This document shows, in pieces, positions 18,404 through 27,053 of a stretch of 31,068 nucleotides of DNA (its first letter is position 1; each line of letters opens with the position of its first letter). The DNA lies in the IMG/VR virus record IMGVR_UViG_3300032295_002961, positions 1-31,068 of that record. One strand, 5' to 3'. The DNA comes from a virus (Duplodnaviria > Caudoviricetes). A program made the position numbers and the translations under genes. The notes below the pieces were generated by a model. It was not told where the DNA came from. It saw only the letters and a list, made by a program, of their open reading frames with translations, and did not search any database.

Positions 18404-18413
18404 CATAAATATG
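18404..18413 (-). promoter_or_regulatory. Putative phage promoter motif CATATTTATG
   Basis: ATATTTAT core 35 nt upstream of the aminotransferase ATG, in the only sizeable gap in this part of the island. Confidence 0.5.
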
Positions 18414-18427
18414 CTAATTTATTAATT

Positions 18428-19633
18428 TTATATGGTTTTAATTATCAATTTATCTTGACTTTCCGTTAAGTCATTTATGTGTATTTTTAAATTACCGATT
18501 TCAAATTCACCAATATCATTTGTATCTTTTACTATATCATTTAAATTAGTTATTACATTAACGTCATCATTGGTAATCCTATCACAATCAATAAAGATAG
18601 CTACATTTGTAGAGTGCAATGGTATTGGTTCACCATCATCGTAATAATCAAATTTATGATTAAGTTCACATTTTATAGGAGGCTCAATCATATTTAATTT
18701 ATTTTCTGACTCTGAAAACTCGTCTATAATATCTTTAAATTTTTCGTGTAGGATAACTTTATCAAAGAATGGTTCAAAAAATTCTATCAGATTCAAGACT
18801 ACTGTTCCACGAAGAATTAATGTTTTATGATAAACTGGAGAAATTATTGGATGTTGGTAAGCATCATTCTTTACCCAAGAACCCCATTTTCTCAAATAGT
18901 TTTTTCTTGCACGTTTTTCAAATAACTTAAAGTCATCAGAGTCCTTACGGATTTCATCTGTCCATCTATGACCACGGCATGTCAAATGATATACTAATGA
19001 ATCACGTGACTGTATCATCTCATATCCGTTCAATATCCAACGTTGAAATAAATCGGAGTCTTCATAAGGAAACGGAGCAAATATTGGATCGTGACCACCT
19101 ATTGCTTGAAAATCTTTTTTGTATAAAAGCCATGGTGCAAACATACCGTTTGTTACTTTATCTTTTTGGTCTTCTTGTGTTGTCAAACAGTATTTTTCAA
19201 AAGAATCAATATCCAAAGAATCAAAATCTAAACCAAAATCTTTTATTATTTTTTCCCTACCTTCAGGATGTAGTGGTGGTTCAATTCTAGTAGCACATAC
19301 GACTTTTCCAGGACTTAAATGTTTCAACAAGTTTTCCAAGTAATTTGGGCCAATAATCATATCAGCATGAAGAATGCCCACTATATCGTTTGTAGCCATT
19401 TTAATGCCCCAGTCATAAAGTATCGTGTGTCCTACTCTTTCTTTTGACTGATATGCCTTTACTTCACGGTGTTGGTGTAATTCTGCTAATTCCCAAATCC
19501 ATTCCCAAGTACCATCGGTGCTGCCATCGTCTAATAATATAACTTCAGACTGTGGAGCGTGTTTTTTTACACTCTCATACACATTTTTTAAATGTCTTAA
19601 ATTGTTATGACTAGGTATTACTAATGATACCAT
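18428..19633 (-). CDS. Glycosyltransferase family 2 with C-terminal extension
   Basis: SLVIPSHNN, LLDDGSTDGT, LHADM, IGGHDP.F..YEDSD and VYH. Confidence 0.9.
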   Translation of the reverse strand: MVSLVIPSHNNLRHLKNVYESVKKHAPQSEVILLDDGSTDGTWEWIWELAELHQHREVKAYQSKERVGHTILYDWGIKMATNDIVGILHADMIIGPNYLENLLKHLSPGKVVCATRIEPPLHPEGREKIIKDFGLDFDSLDIDSFEKYCLTTQEDQKDKVTNGMFAPWLLYKKDFQAIGGHDPIFAPFPYEDSDLFQRWILNGYEMIQSRDSLVYHLTCRGHRWTDEIRKDSDDFKLFEKRARKNYLRKWGSWVKNDAYQHPIISPVYHKTLILRGTVVLNLIEFFEPFFDKVILHEKFKDIIDEFSESENKLNMIEPPIKCELNHKFDYYDDGEPIPLHSTNVAIFIDCDRITNDDVNVITNLNDIVKDTNDIGEFEIGNLKIHINDLTESQDKLIIKTI

Positions 19634-19634
19634 G

Positions 19635-20372
19635 TTATACTCCTTTATTTATATTATAATTTTCACCATATTTTCGTAACTCATAATATAAATTGGAGTA
19701 GATTGAATTGGTGAAATAATTGCTCATATTATAGTCCGCATTTCTACAAAACTCGGAAATACCAATGTCTATTTTATTTTGCTTAAAGGTTTGCGAGTTT
19801 AAATGACATATTGTATTTGTATCAGAAACAACCGTTTTTAGTCCGTTCTCTTCAGCTATACATCCAGTATAGAAATCCAACCCCCAACCATAAACTAATT
19901 CAGTTGGATATTTTTTTATTATCTCAAGAACATCTCGGCGTAATAGTGGAGACTGAAAGTCTATCCATCTGACATTTCTAAGTCCAACACCCCAATTCCA
20001 CATTTGTTTCCAATGACATTGATCTGGGGAAGCATTTATTATTGATGGGGAATATACAGAAGCATCCGATTTTTTTGCTTCGTCGAGTGATGTTGTTAGG
20101 AATGAGACTCCGTGAAATATCAAATCATTATTTAGGAAATATAGATAATCGTGATTGGTTGATAAGAAATATTCCAAAACAACATTAAATCCTCCACCAA
20201 AAAATATATTGGTTTCCAATTTATGTGTAGTGGAATTTGCAAATGGTTCTGTGTTTGATCCATTATCAACTACCATCAATTCACATTCATTAAAAATAGG
20301 ATCTTTTGATAATTTTGAAACCAAGTCATCTGTTAATTTTGGTAAATTATGGTTTAGTGTAGCTATTAACAT
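19635..20372 (-). CDS. Glycosyltransferase family 2-like
   Basis: LNHN, VVDNGS, N..FGGGFN, FLNND and GWGLD. Confidence 0.82.
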   Translation of the reverse strand: MLIATLNHNLPKLTDDLVSKLSKDPIFNECELMVVDNGSNTEPFANSTTHKLETNIFFGGGFNVVLEYFLSTNHDYLYFLNNDLIFHGVSFLTTSLDEAKKSDASVYSPSIINASPDQCHWKQMWNWGVGLRNVRWIDFQSPLLRRDVLEIIKKYPTELVYGWGLDFYTGCIAEENGLKTVVSDTNTICHLNSQTFKQNKIDIGISEFCRNADYNMSNYFTNSIYSNLYYELRKYGENYNINKGV

Positions 20373-20379
20373 ATTTTTT

Positions 20380-21078
20380 TTAATTTAGTGTTAGAAATTT
20401 TCCACCATAATATTCGACTCCATATCCTATAAGACGTTCCATAGCATGTGCAGACGATACACCTGGTGAATAATCGTGATTAAATTCTAATATAAAGTCT
20501 TCCAATATAACATTTTTAAACAACATATCCAAATATTTTTTACTGACCATAAAGATAGATCCAGCAAAAAAACACCCATGTGTTGAAACGTTTAGAAAAG
20601 AATTTATATTTTTTATAGTTTCCTTGTTTTCTATCAGTGAAGCTCCAGTAAGAGGTTCTTTTATTCTATCGTAAAAACAAGAATATGCTCCTGTCATGTA
20701 TATTTCAGGATTTGAATTCATGGTCTCTATTATTAAATCGAAAGATTCTTTGTTATAAAAAAATACTTCCGTTAACTTTTCACGCCAAACATCACCCAAC
20801 TCCTTATTATGTTTAGATTTTTTAGTGTGTAACTTGATGATATATTCATATTTTTCATTTTTTATTGTATTGTATACATTTAAGAATGGACCAAAATCCA
20901 TTCCTTTATTGTCCAAAAGATAAATCTCTTTTGCATACAATCTTATATCTTCTGTAATTTCACTTTCATAGTTAACAGTGACGAACAGATGAACCGAATC
21001 GTCTAATATAGGAATTATTTTTTCTTTGAATTCTTCCCAAAGGTCTTGGTAATATAAATGGAAAATTATAGCTGTCAT
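20380..21078 (-). CDS. Rhamnan synthesis F (RgpF)-like protein
   Basis: HLYY.DLWEE, NKGMDFGPF, KLHTKKS, WR..L, FFAGSIF and AHAMER. Confidence 0.85.
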   Translation of the reverse strand: MTAIIFHLYYQDLWEEFKEKIIPILDDSVHLFVTVNYESEITEDIRLYAKEIYLLDNKGMDFGPFLNVYNTIKNEKYEYIIKLHTKKSKHNKELGDVWREKLTEVFFYNKESFDLIIETMNSNPEIYMTGAYSCFYDRIKEPLTGASLIENKETIKNINSFLNVSTHGCFFAGSIFMVSKKYLDMLFKNVILEDFILEFNHDYSPGVSSAHAMERLIGYGVEYYGGKFLTLN

Positions 21079-21085
21079 AATTATT

Positions 21086-21865
21086 TTAATTCCAATTTGA
21101 TTGAATAACTTTTCCTAAATAATTTTGAGATAATATTTCATCCGTTATACCAAACTTTTCATCTTCTTCAAATTGTTGTTTATAGTGATACACTTTAAAA
21201 AGTGGTTCACTTGGATAAATTGGTATTGAATTAAATGCCAATAGCGATTCACCATACCAAGATAGTTCCGATGGGCTATGATGTAATAAATCTATAAAGT
21301 CCAATTGATTTGGTTGCAAATAATGTTCATGTAAATCTTTCCAAACTTTCGACGACCAAATTACGGGTGTTGGCCCAAAATCATAATACTTCCCAACACG
21401 ACTAAAAACATCCATAATATTTTTTCTATCTTTTATGAAAGAGTCCTTTGGATTAAACGGTAGTATATTTGGTCTATACGATAGCCAAGAAAACAACTCA
21501 CGTTGTTCGTGTATCACAGTATATGGTGTTGTTTCATCATACATGAAATCTTTTATAGTAAATTGTTTTATGAATTGTGAATCTGCATCTATACACAAAT
21601 AATTTTCACAAATACCCAATTTCCAAAAATTACTTTTAACTATTTGTTGGTTTAACCAACCACTTTCATTTTTGGTGTGTATTGACTCATCTTCTATAAA
21701 TGTTATGTCTGTGAATTCTTTTTTAAACATTGTCATGTCTTCTTTTGGAACACTGACTATGAATGGTATTGAATCGATGTTAAACTTTTCGATTGTGTCT
21801 TTTAATGAACGAAGTCGTTCTAAATCATTTACGTATGTTTTGCAGAATATTACTAAGTTTTCCAT
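21086..21865 (-). CDS. Putative GT-A fold protein (DUF6492-like)
   Basis: KTY..DLER..L, GWLNQQIVK and YLCIDADS.F. Sits inside the glycosylation operon. Confidence 0.65.
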   Translation of the reverse strand: MENLVIFCKTYVNDLERLRSLKDTIEKFNIDSIPFIVSVPKEDMTMFKKEFTDITFIEDESIHTKNESGWLNQQIVKSNFWKLGICENYLCIDADSQFIKQFTIKDFMYDETTPYTVIHEQRELFSWLSYRPNILPFNPKDSFIKDRKNIMDVFSRVGKYYDFGPTPVIWSSKVWKDLHEHYLQPNQLDFIDLLHHSPSELSWYGESLLAFNSIPIYPSEPLFKVYHYKQQFEEDEKFGITDEILSQNYLGKVIQSNWN

Positions 21866-22701
21866 TAACGAACTCCAACAATCATTCCATATTCATCAAA
21901 GACAGGATTTCCATCCCACTTATCTCTAAACTTTTTTGAGTTTTCCAACTCAGCTTTGCGTTGTCTCTCCGAAGTTTTATTATTATTTTCTTCCAATCTA
22001 TGACTGCCCCTTGCACCAAAATGCCAAACCAATGATTTTGATGTTAGAACGAATTTATAATTTTCATTTTTCATCCGCAAAAACAAATCCATATCTTCCC
22101 AACTCGTAGGAGAAAACATAGAATCGTTTCCACCTATAAAGTCCCAATCTTTTTTTGAAATTAAACCACTAACACCTTCACCCTTTGGTAAAGTAAAATT
22201 ATTTATTTTTACAAATTCCTCTGCCCATTGCTCGAAAAAGTCAGAATCAAAATCGTTATAATAAGCTCCCATAGAATTTTTTGGGATGATTATGGTTCCA
22301 GGTCTACTTTGATTGTTACCGAACATGTCTGGTTCAACACGATGACTAAATACCCAAGTTGGTTCTTTGTGTTTTTGTATTTCCTCCAAACAAGCAATAT
22401 CCCAATCTTGTGCAACATAAAAGTCCGAATGTAAGAACATTATGTAATCCGTTTTTACTTTGTTTGCACAAAAATTCATACCACCACCAATACCAACGGG
22501 TAAGTTATTAGTTTCAATATAATATTCTATATTGTATTGATTGTTTTGTAACCATTCGTTAGTTCCATCAGTACAATTTTCAGCGTGAATTATGAATTTA
22601 GAATTTTTAAAGTATGAATTTTTACGAACAGATTTTACAGCCAATTTCAAATAATTTAAATTATTGTATGTGCTTATACAAAATGTTATTGGACTACTCA
22701 T
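21865..22701 (-). CDS. Glycosyltransferase family 2
   Basis: ISTYNNL.YLK, CTDGT, FLHSD, IGGND..F..WEDMD.F.R and VWHF. Resembles 18428-19633. Confidence 0.88.
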   Translation of the reverse strand: MSSPITFCISTYNNLNYLKLAVKSVRKNSYFKNSKFIIHAENCTDGTNEWLQNNQYNIEYYIETNNLPVGIGGGMNFCANKVKTDYIMFLHSDFYVAQDWDIACLEEIQKHKEPTWVFSHRVEPDMFGNNQSRPGTIIIPKNSMGAYYNDFDSDFFEQWAEEFVKINNFTLPKGEGVSGLISKKDWDFIGGNDSMFSPTSWEDMDLFLRMKNENYKFVLTSKSLVWHFGARGSHRLEENNNKTSERQRKAELENSKKFRDKWDGNPVFDEYGMIVGVR

Positions 22702-23336
22702 GGATTGCCTATTTTACTATAAAAATTATTTTGTGATTCTTGACGTTCAATGGATTTTGGGTGATACAGACAATAAACTTCTTCAGCTGGAAGATTAGCT
22801 GTTGCTGATACTTCGTACCCAAAAAGACGCTCATGCACTTTATTTTTCCAAACTATTTCTTTTTTGTTTTTATACAATCGTGTTTGATAGTCTGGCCAAT
22901 TTACTCTTCCAAGTTCGTCATATCTCCAACGCCATCTTCTAATGTGTTCATCAGTGATACCGTCAACTGTGTTCCATCTTGGTATTGAAATCATATCTAT
23001 TTGTGGATTTAATGCCAATATTTCATGTATATTTTGTAGTAATATTACACACGGCATTTCATCAGCGTCTATATTGAATATCCATTCTTTGCTACAGTGA
23101 GTTTTTAAATTATTTTTAAAACGTGCAAAATCTTTATCTAATGGAAACTCTATAACTTTAAAGTTTTTTAGTTTATCTCTATATGAATCGATAACATTTC
23201 TGACTGCACCTGTGACAGCCGTAGTGTCCATTTGAATAACTATTTCGTCTTCATCGGATATATTATCACCTAAAAGAGTTAAAAGTCTATCCAATTCCAT
23301 ATCTTCGTTGCAAACCGTTATAGTATAAGAAATCAT
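22698..23336 (-). CDS. Glycosyltransferase family 2
   Basis: ISYTITVCNE, DFARFKN, WIFNIDADE, WPDYQTRLY and W..KVHE.L. Confidence 0.88.
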   Translation of the reverse strand: MISYTITVCNEDMELDRLLTLLGDNISDEDEIVIQMDTTAVTGAVRNVIDSYRDKLKNFKVIEFPLDKDFARFKNNLKTHCSKEWIFNIDADEMPCVILLQNIHEILALNPQIDMISIPRWNTVDGITDEHIRRWRWRYDELGRVNWPDYQTRLYKNKKEIVWKNKVHERLFGYEVSATANLPAEEVYCLYHPKSIERQESQNNFYSKIGNP

Positions 23337-24625
23337 TATTCATCAACCTTTTTTAGTTTTGGAAGTTTTAGACTAACAGTTGGAGTGAATTTAGGCAAAG
23401 ATTCGTCCAATAATTTTTGGAATCTTTCTCTCATGGCTGTATATGACCACTTAGTTTTTACATCGTTTATTGATAATTTGGATGATACCAATGATTTAGT
23501 ATAAGACTTAAATACTTTATTCATGATTTCCTCCGCATATTTATAATCCACAGTAAACCAAGACGAACCATCATTTATTATAGTTTCCCATATTGCACTT
23601 TTATGTACAGGTTTCAAATTACCCTTTAATAGATAATGTTTTGCACTGTCAACAAAATCCAAATGACCACTCCATCCAGAAACTATAATAGGTTTTCCAG
23701 TACTCATAAATTCTGCTATAGGTCTTCCATACCCCTCACCTTTTGTAAAAGATACAAATGCTTTTACTTTAGGATGATTATAGAGTGAGTTCATTTCCAT
23801 ATCGGTCAAATCACCATATAAAAGATATATGTTAGGCATTTTTTCTAAATTCATCATTTTTTTAATCATATTGATTTTATCAATAATATGACTTCTTCCA
23901 GAAACAGAAAATGTTCCAGGTGATGTTTTTAAAACTAATGCGGGGGGATTATCCATATTTCCAAAAGTTTTTAAGAACGTATGAATTAGTCCAGACAGGT
24001 CTTTTCTATCCTCTCCAAAATCACCCTTAAGCCAATGACCAACAAATAGAAAAACAAAATCTTCTTTTATTGAGTCTAATTTTTCTTTTACAGTTGTTTC
24101 TAATGGATTATTTTTATTGTATATGTCTGTTCTTACACCTTCGTGTAAAATTTCAATAGGCACTTCTATCTTCAACGAACCTATAGTAGAATTTGTTGCT
24201 TTATCTTTTTTTTCATATGTTGTATTTAAGAAAACGTCCTTCGCATGTTTAGACGGAACTAAAACCATATTCATTCTATTACAACCTTCTATCCATTCAG
24301 GAGAGCATATATCGGTTTCTATTCCAGCAGTTATACCAATGTTATATTTTCCTATTGGATTAAATTCAGTTGGTATAGTACATTGTACCCAAACATCGGG
24401 TGGTGATGTAATTGGTGTTGATAGTAAACGATCTAATATTTGCTTATGGTCTGAATTATTTTCATCCAAAGCATTCATAGGTGTTTCTCCCCAATTTATA
24501 GGAAAAATTTTAACATCAAATTTATCCATCTCTATCAGTGATAAAACAATATCCCTCGCGTGTGATCCATAACCACTAACAGTCGTGACTGGTCCGCAAA
24601 ATACTAATTGTGGTCTATAACTCAT
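23336..24625 (-). CDS. Glycosyltransferase family 4 (GT-B)
   Basis: SGYGSHAR, VLVPSKH, FLFVG.W..RK and TKGEGYGRPIAE..GKPII. Confidence 0.9.
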   Translation of the reverse strand: MSYRPQLVFCGPVTTVSGYGSHARDIVLSLIEMDKFDVKIFPINWGETPMNALDENNSDHKQILDRLLSTPITSPPDVWVQCTIPTEFNPIGKYNIGITAGIETDICSPEWIEGCNRMNMVLVPSKHAKDVFLNTTYEKKDKATNSTIGSLKIEVPIEILHEGVRTDIYNKNNPLETTVKEKLDSIKEDFVFLFVGHWLKGDFGEDRKDLSGLIHTFLKTFGNMDNPPALVLKTSPGTFSVSGRSHIIDKINMIKKMMNLEKMPNIYLLYGDLTDMEMNSLYNHPKVKAFVSFTKGEGYGRPIAEFMSTGKPIIVSGWSGHLDFVDSAKHYLLKGNLKPVHKSAIWETIINDGSSWFTVDYKYAEEIMNKVFKSYTKSLVSSKLSINDVKTKWSYTAMRERFQKLLDESLPKFTPTVSLKLPKLKKVDE

Positions 24626-24632
24626 ATTATCC

Positions 24633-26069
24633 TCAAACTAAAAATAAATCAAATCGTTCACGTTTTTTAAAGTTCTTGAAAGTGTTGTTTATACTTTCAA
24701 TTATTCTTTCTGACATAGACTCTCGACTCATACCAACTTCTTTGTCCATCAAATATTGCCTACCTAATAGTCCATGCTGTTTTCTAATTTCTGTTGGTGT
24801 TTTATACCATTCATATAATGCATCACCAATATCTCTATAGTCAGCTCTATCATCAAAGATATAAGGTGTTGGTACGGAACCTTGTAAAGAACTGTTTGAT
24901 GGCCAAACTGGTTTAACCCAATCACCGTGCTTTATATCAGCCCACTTACGTTTATCCGTTAATGTATGTACATTTAAGTAATCATCTGCTGTGAAATATT
25001 TTCCTGTTTCTGGATTTATGAAACCACATTGGTCTTGCAATCCCCCAGTTACATTTACAACTATCGGCGTTCCAGCAGATAAAGCTTCTGCTGTTCCTAA
25101 ACCAAATCCCTCATTTGAAGCCATATTGACTACTACATCCGCTATGTTATATTTTATATTTAATGATTCTACATTATGTATGTTCTCACTAAAAACAACA
25201 GGATATTCATTACATAAAGCATTTACAACTGCAAATAAATCTGTACCATTTTGATCTACTGGACTTGTATGCATATAAAGTAGACAATCATTTTTAGCAT
25301 CCCCTCCGTTTTTATCAACCAACATACACATATGTTTGAAAGCTAATACAACATCTCCTGGATGCTTTCTGTGTATATTTCTATTATTCCACATGACTAT
25401 AAATCTATTTGGATTATTTGATCTGAATTTTTCATTTTCTTTCACATATTCATCCCACTGGTGGTGCTGTTCTGTACCATCCGGGTGTATTGGATGATAT
25501 ATTGATGTATTTATTCCGTGTGGAACATATGTTATACGGCCGTTATCTGTACTTTCGTTAAAGGATTTTAGTACTCGGTGGTTTATTCCATAGGTTTGTT
25601 TGGAAATTGCCATTAATAAATCACAACTTGCATACGCTTCCTTGTTCCACAATGGATCGGTTGGTGTATCACCTACTAATCCAGCACCGTCCCATATATT
25701 TAGATATAAAATTGGTATATTGGTTCGTATCTCGTGCTCCATATTATACAACCATCCCCAAAATCTAGGATCTGTGAAGTGTAATATTGCGTCTGGTTTT
25801 TCTGATTTTATTAGTTTTCTGATTAGGAAAGGATCACCATAACCGTCATTACAGTATATTTTAACTGAAGCATCATCAACACCTGTTATATTTTTACAGT
25901 CATCTGATAAGTCCAAAACTTTAGCCTTATCGGGATGGTTAATTGCTGCTCCAACTTGAACCCAATCATACTCTCTCACAGTGCCCAAAACCATATCTCT
26001 CGAAACTGTTGCTATTCCAGATGTAAGTCTAAGATCATCTGATAATAGAAGTATTTTCTTTTTTGCCAT
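24633..26069 (-). CDS. Glycosyltransferase family 4 (GT-B)
   Basis: SGIATV, YVPHGIN, NRN..RK and YNIADV..SNEGFGL..AEAL..GTPI. Confidence 0.9.
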   Translation of the reverse strand: MAKKKILLLSDDLRLTSGIATVSRDMVLGTVREYDWVQVGAAINHPDKAKVLDLSDDCKNITGVDDASVKIYCNDGYGDPFLIRKLIKSEKPDAILHFTDPRFWGWLYNMEHEIRTNIPILYLNIWDGAGLVGDTPTDPLWNKEAYASCDLLMAISKQTYGINHRVLKSFNESTDNGRITYVPHGINTSIYHPIHPDGTEQHHQWDEYVKENEKFRSNNPNRFIVMWNNRNIHRKHPGDVVLAFKHMCMLVDKNGGDAKNDCLLYMHTSPVDQNGTDLFAVVNALCNEYPVVFSENIHNVESLNIKYNIADVVVNMASNEGFGLGTAEALSAGTPIVVNVTGGLQDQCGFINPETGKYFTADDYLNVHTLTDKRKWADIKHGDWVKPVWPSNSSLQGSVPTPYIFDDRADYRDIGDALYEWYKTPTEIRKQHGLLGRQYLMDKEVGMSRESMSERIIESINNTFKNFKKRERFDLFLV

Positions 26070-26085
26070 AATAAAACCTTTTATA

Positions 26086-26250
26086 TTACTTGTTATTTTT
26101 TAAGTCATTACTTCCTGTTAAGTGGGTCAGTATTAATCTCTCGACTAAACCACTTAACTTGTAGCCATTATCCATGCAATACTTTATAACTTCATTTTTC
26201 AAATCTTTTCGTATTTGTATGCTCGAATATTTATCATTTTTATCAATCAT
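26086..26250 (-). CDS. Small putative ribbon-helix-helix DNA-binding protein
   Basis: Start revised to ATG 26250 (GGAG upstream). YSSIQIRKDLKNEVIKYC..GYKLSGLVERLI fits a strand-helix-helix pattern. Confidence 0.6.
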   Translation of the reverse strand: MIDKNDKYSSIQIRKDLKNEVIKYCMDNGYKLSGLVERLILTHLTGSNDLKNNK

Positions 26251-26273
26251 GGTAACTCCAAAATGTTTACACA

Positions 26274-26283
26274 TATAAATATG
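26274..26283 (-). promoter_or_regulatory. Putative phage promoter motif CATATTTATA
   Basis: 23 nt upstream of ATG 26250. Heads the main glycosyltransferase operon. Confidence 0.55.
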
Positions 26284-26301
26284 TGTAAAATTTAGAAAAC
26301 C

Positions 26302-27045
26302 TTAGAAAATGTTAGATTTCTTTATAAAAAAATTTAAAGCGGTTAAATCTCGCACATCATTGAAATTGTGTCTGTTAAAATCATCATCCCCCCTAAACAG
26401 TAATTGTCTTGTATGATTCGTTGGGGCTCTACCACGCATTCTCTTAACATCCCATTCGTTCCTACTTTTTGTAAAGTAATGATTTATCTGAGCAATATCA
26501 TCCGATGTATCGTGGTTAAATGGACCTACTACTAATTTTTTTTTAGTATTTACTACCGATTCTTTTTGAAAATTATGTATGGAATATAAGTCATCTATAT
26601 CTGTTTTTACTATACATTTTACATGTTTATCCATATTTTCAGATCTTTTAGTAAATCTTTTCAGTACTGAGTAATCACTATTTACTTCATCGTGACCATT
26701 ATTTCCAAATAAATACCAATTTATAGCAACACCATTGTATTCTGTGTAGTTTTTTAGAAACTCTTTCACATTATCATGTTTTTTTAATACTAAAAATTCA
26801 TCAACATCAAAAAATGCAACCCAATCATATTCACTTCCATAGTTCATTAGAAAGTCATTATAAGCATTTTCTTGCATACCTATGCCGTCAAATGGTATAG
26901 TAGTGACTAATGGGGAATTTATATTAGCTCTCCAATCGTTTTCATATACGAACACTTTATCAAACCCTAAATATAAGTGATATTGTATCCATTCGTCTAT
27001 GTATTTGTCTTCGTTTTTTGCTATACACGTTAGAGCAACTTTCAT
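26302..27045 (-). CDS. Glycosyltransferase (GT92/GT2-like)
   Basis: CIAKNEDKYIDEWIQYH..GFD, WVAFFDVDEFL, INW..FG, KCIV and INHYFTKS..E. Confidence 0.88.
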   Translation of the reverse strand: MKVALTCIAKNEDKYIDEWIQYHLYLGFDKVFVYENDWRANINSPLVTTIPFDGIGMQENAYNDFLMNYGSEYDWVAFFDVDEFLVLKKHDNVKEFLKNYTEYNGVAINWYLFGNNGHDEVNSDYSVLKRFTKRSENMDKHVKCIVKTDIDDLYSIHNFQKESVVNTKKKLVVGPFNHDTSDDIAQINHYFTKSRNEWDVKRMRGRAPTNHTRQLLFRGDDDFNRHNFNDVRDLTALNFFIKKSNIF

Positions 27046-27053
27046 TATAATTA

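Noticed and set aside
30-25842. Short opposite-strand ORFs in the track (e.g. 30-317, 2267-2803, 3865-4056, 6676-7098, 11616-11843, 13286-13891, 24117-24572, 25600-25842)
   Set aside because: They are antisense shadows of well-supported genes with no recognisable motifs.
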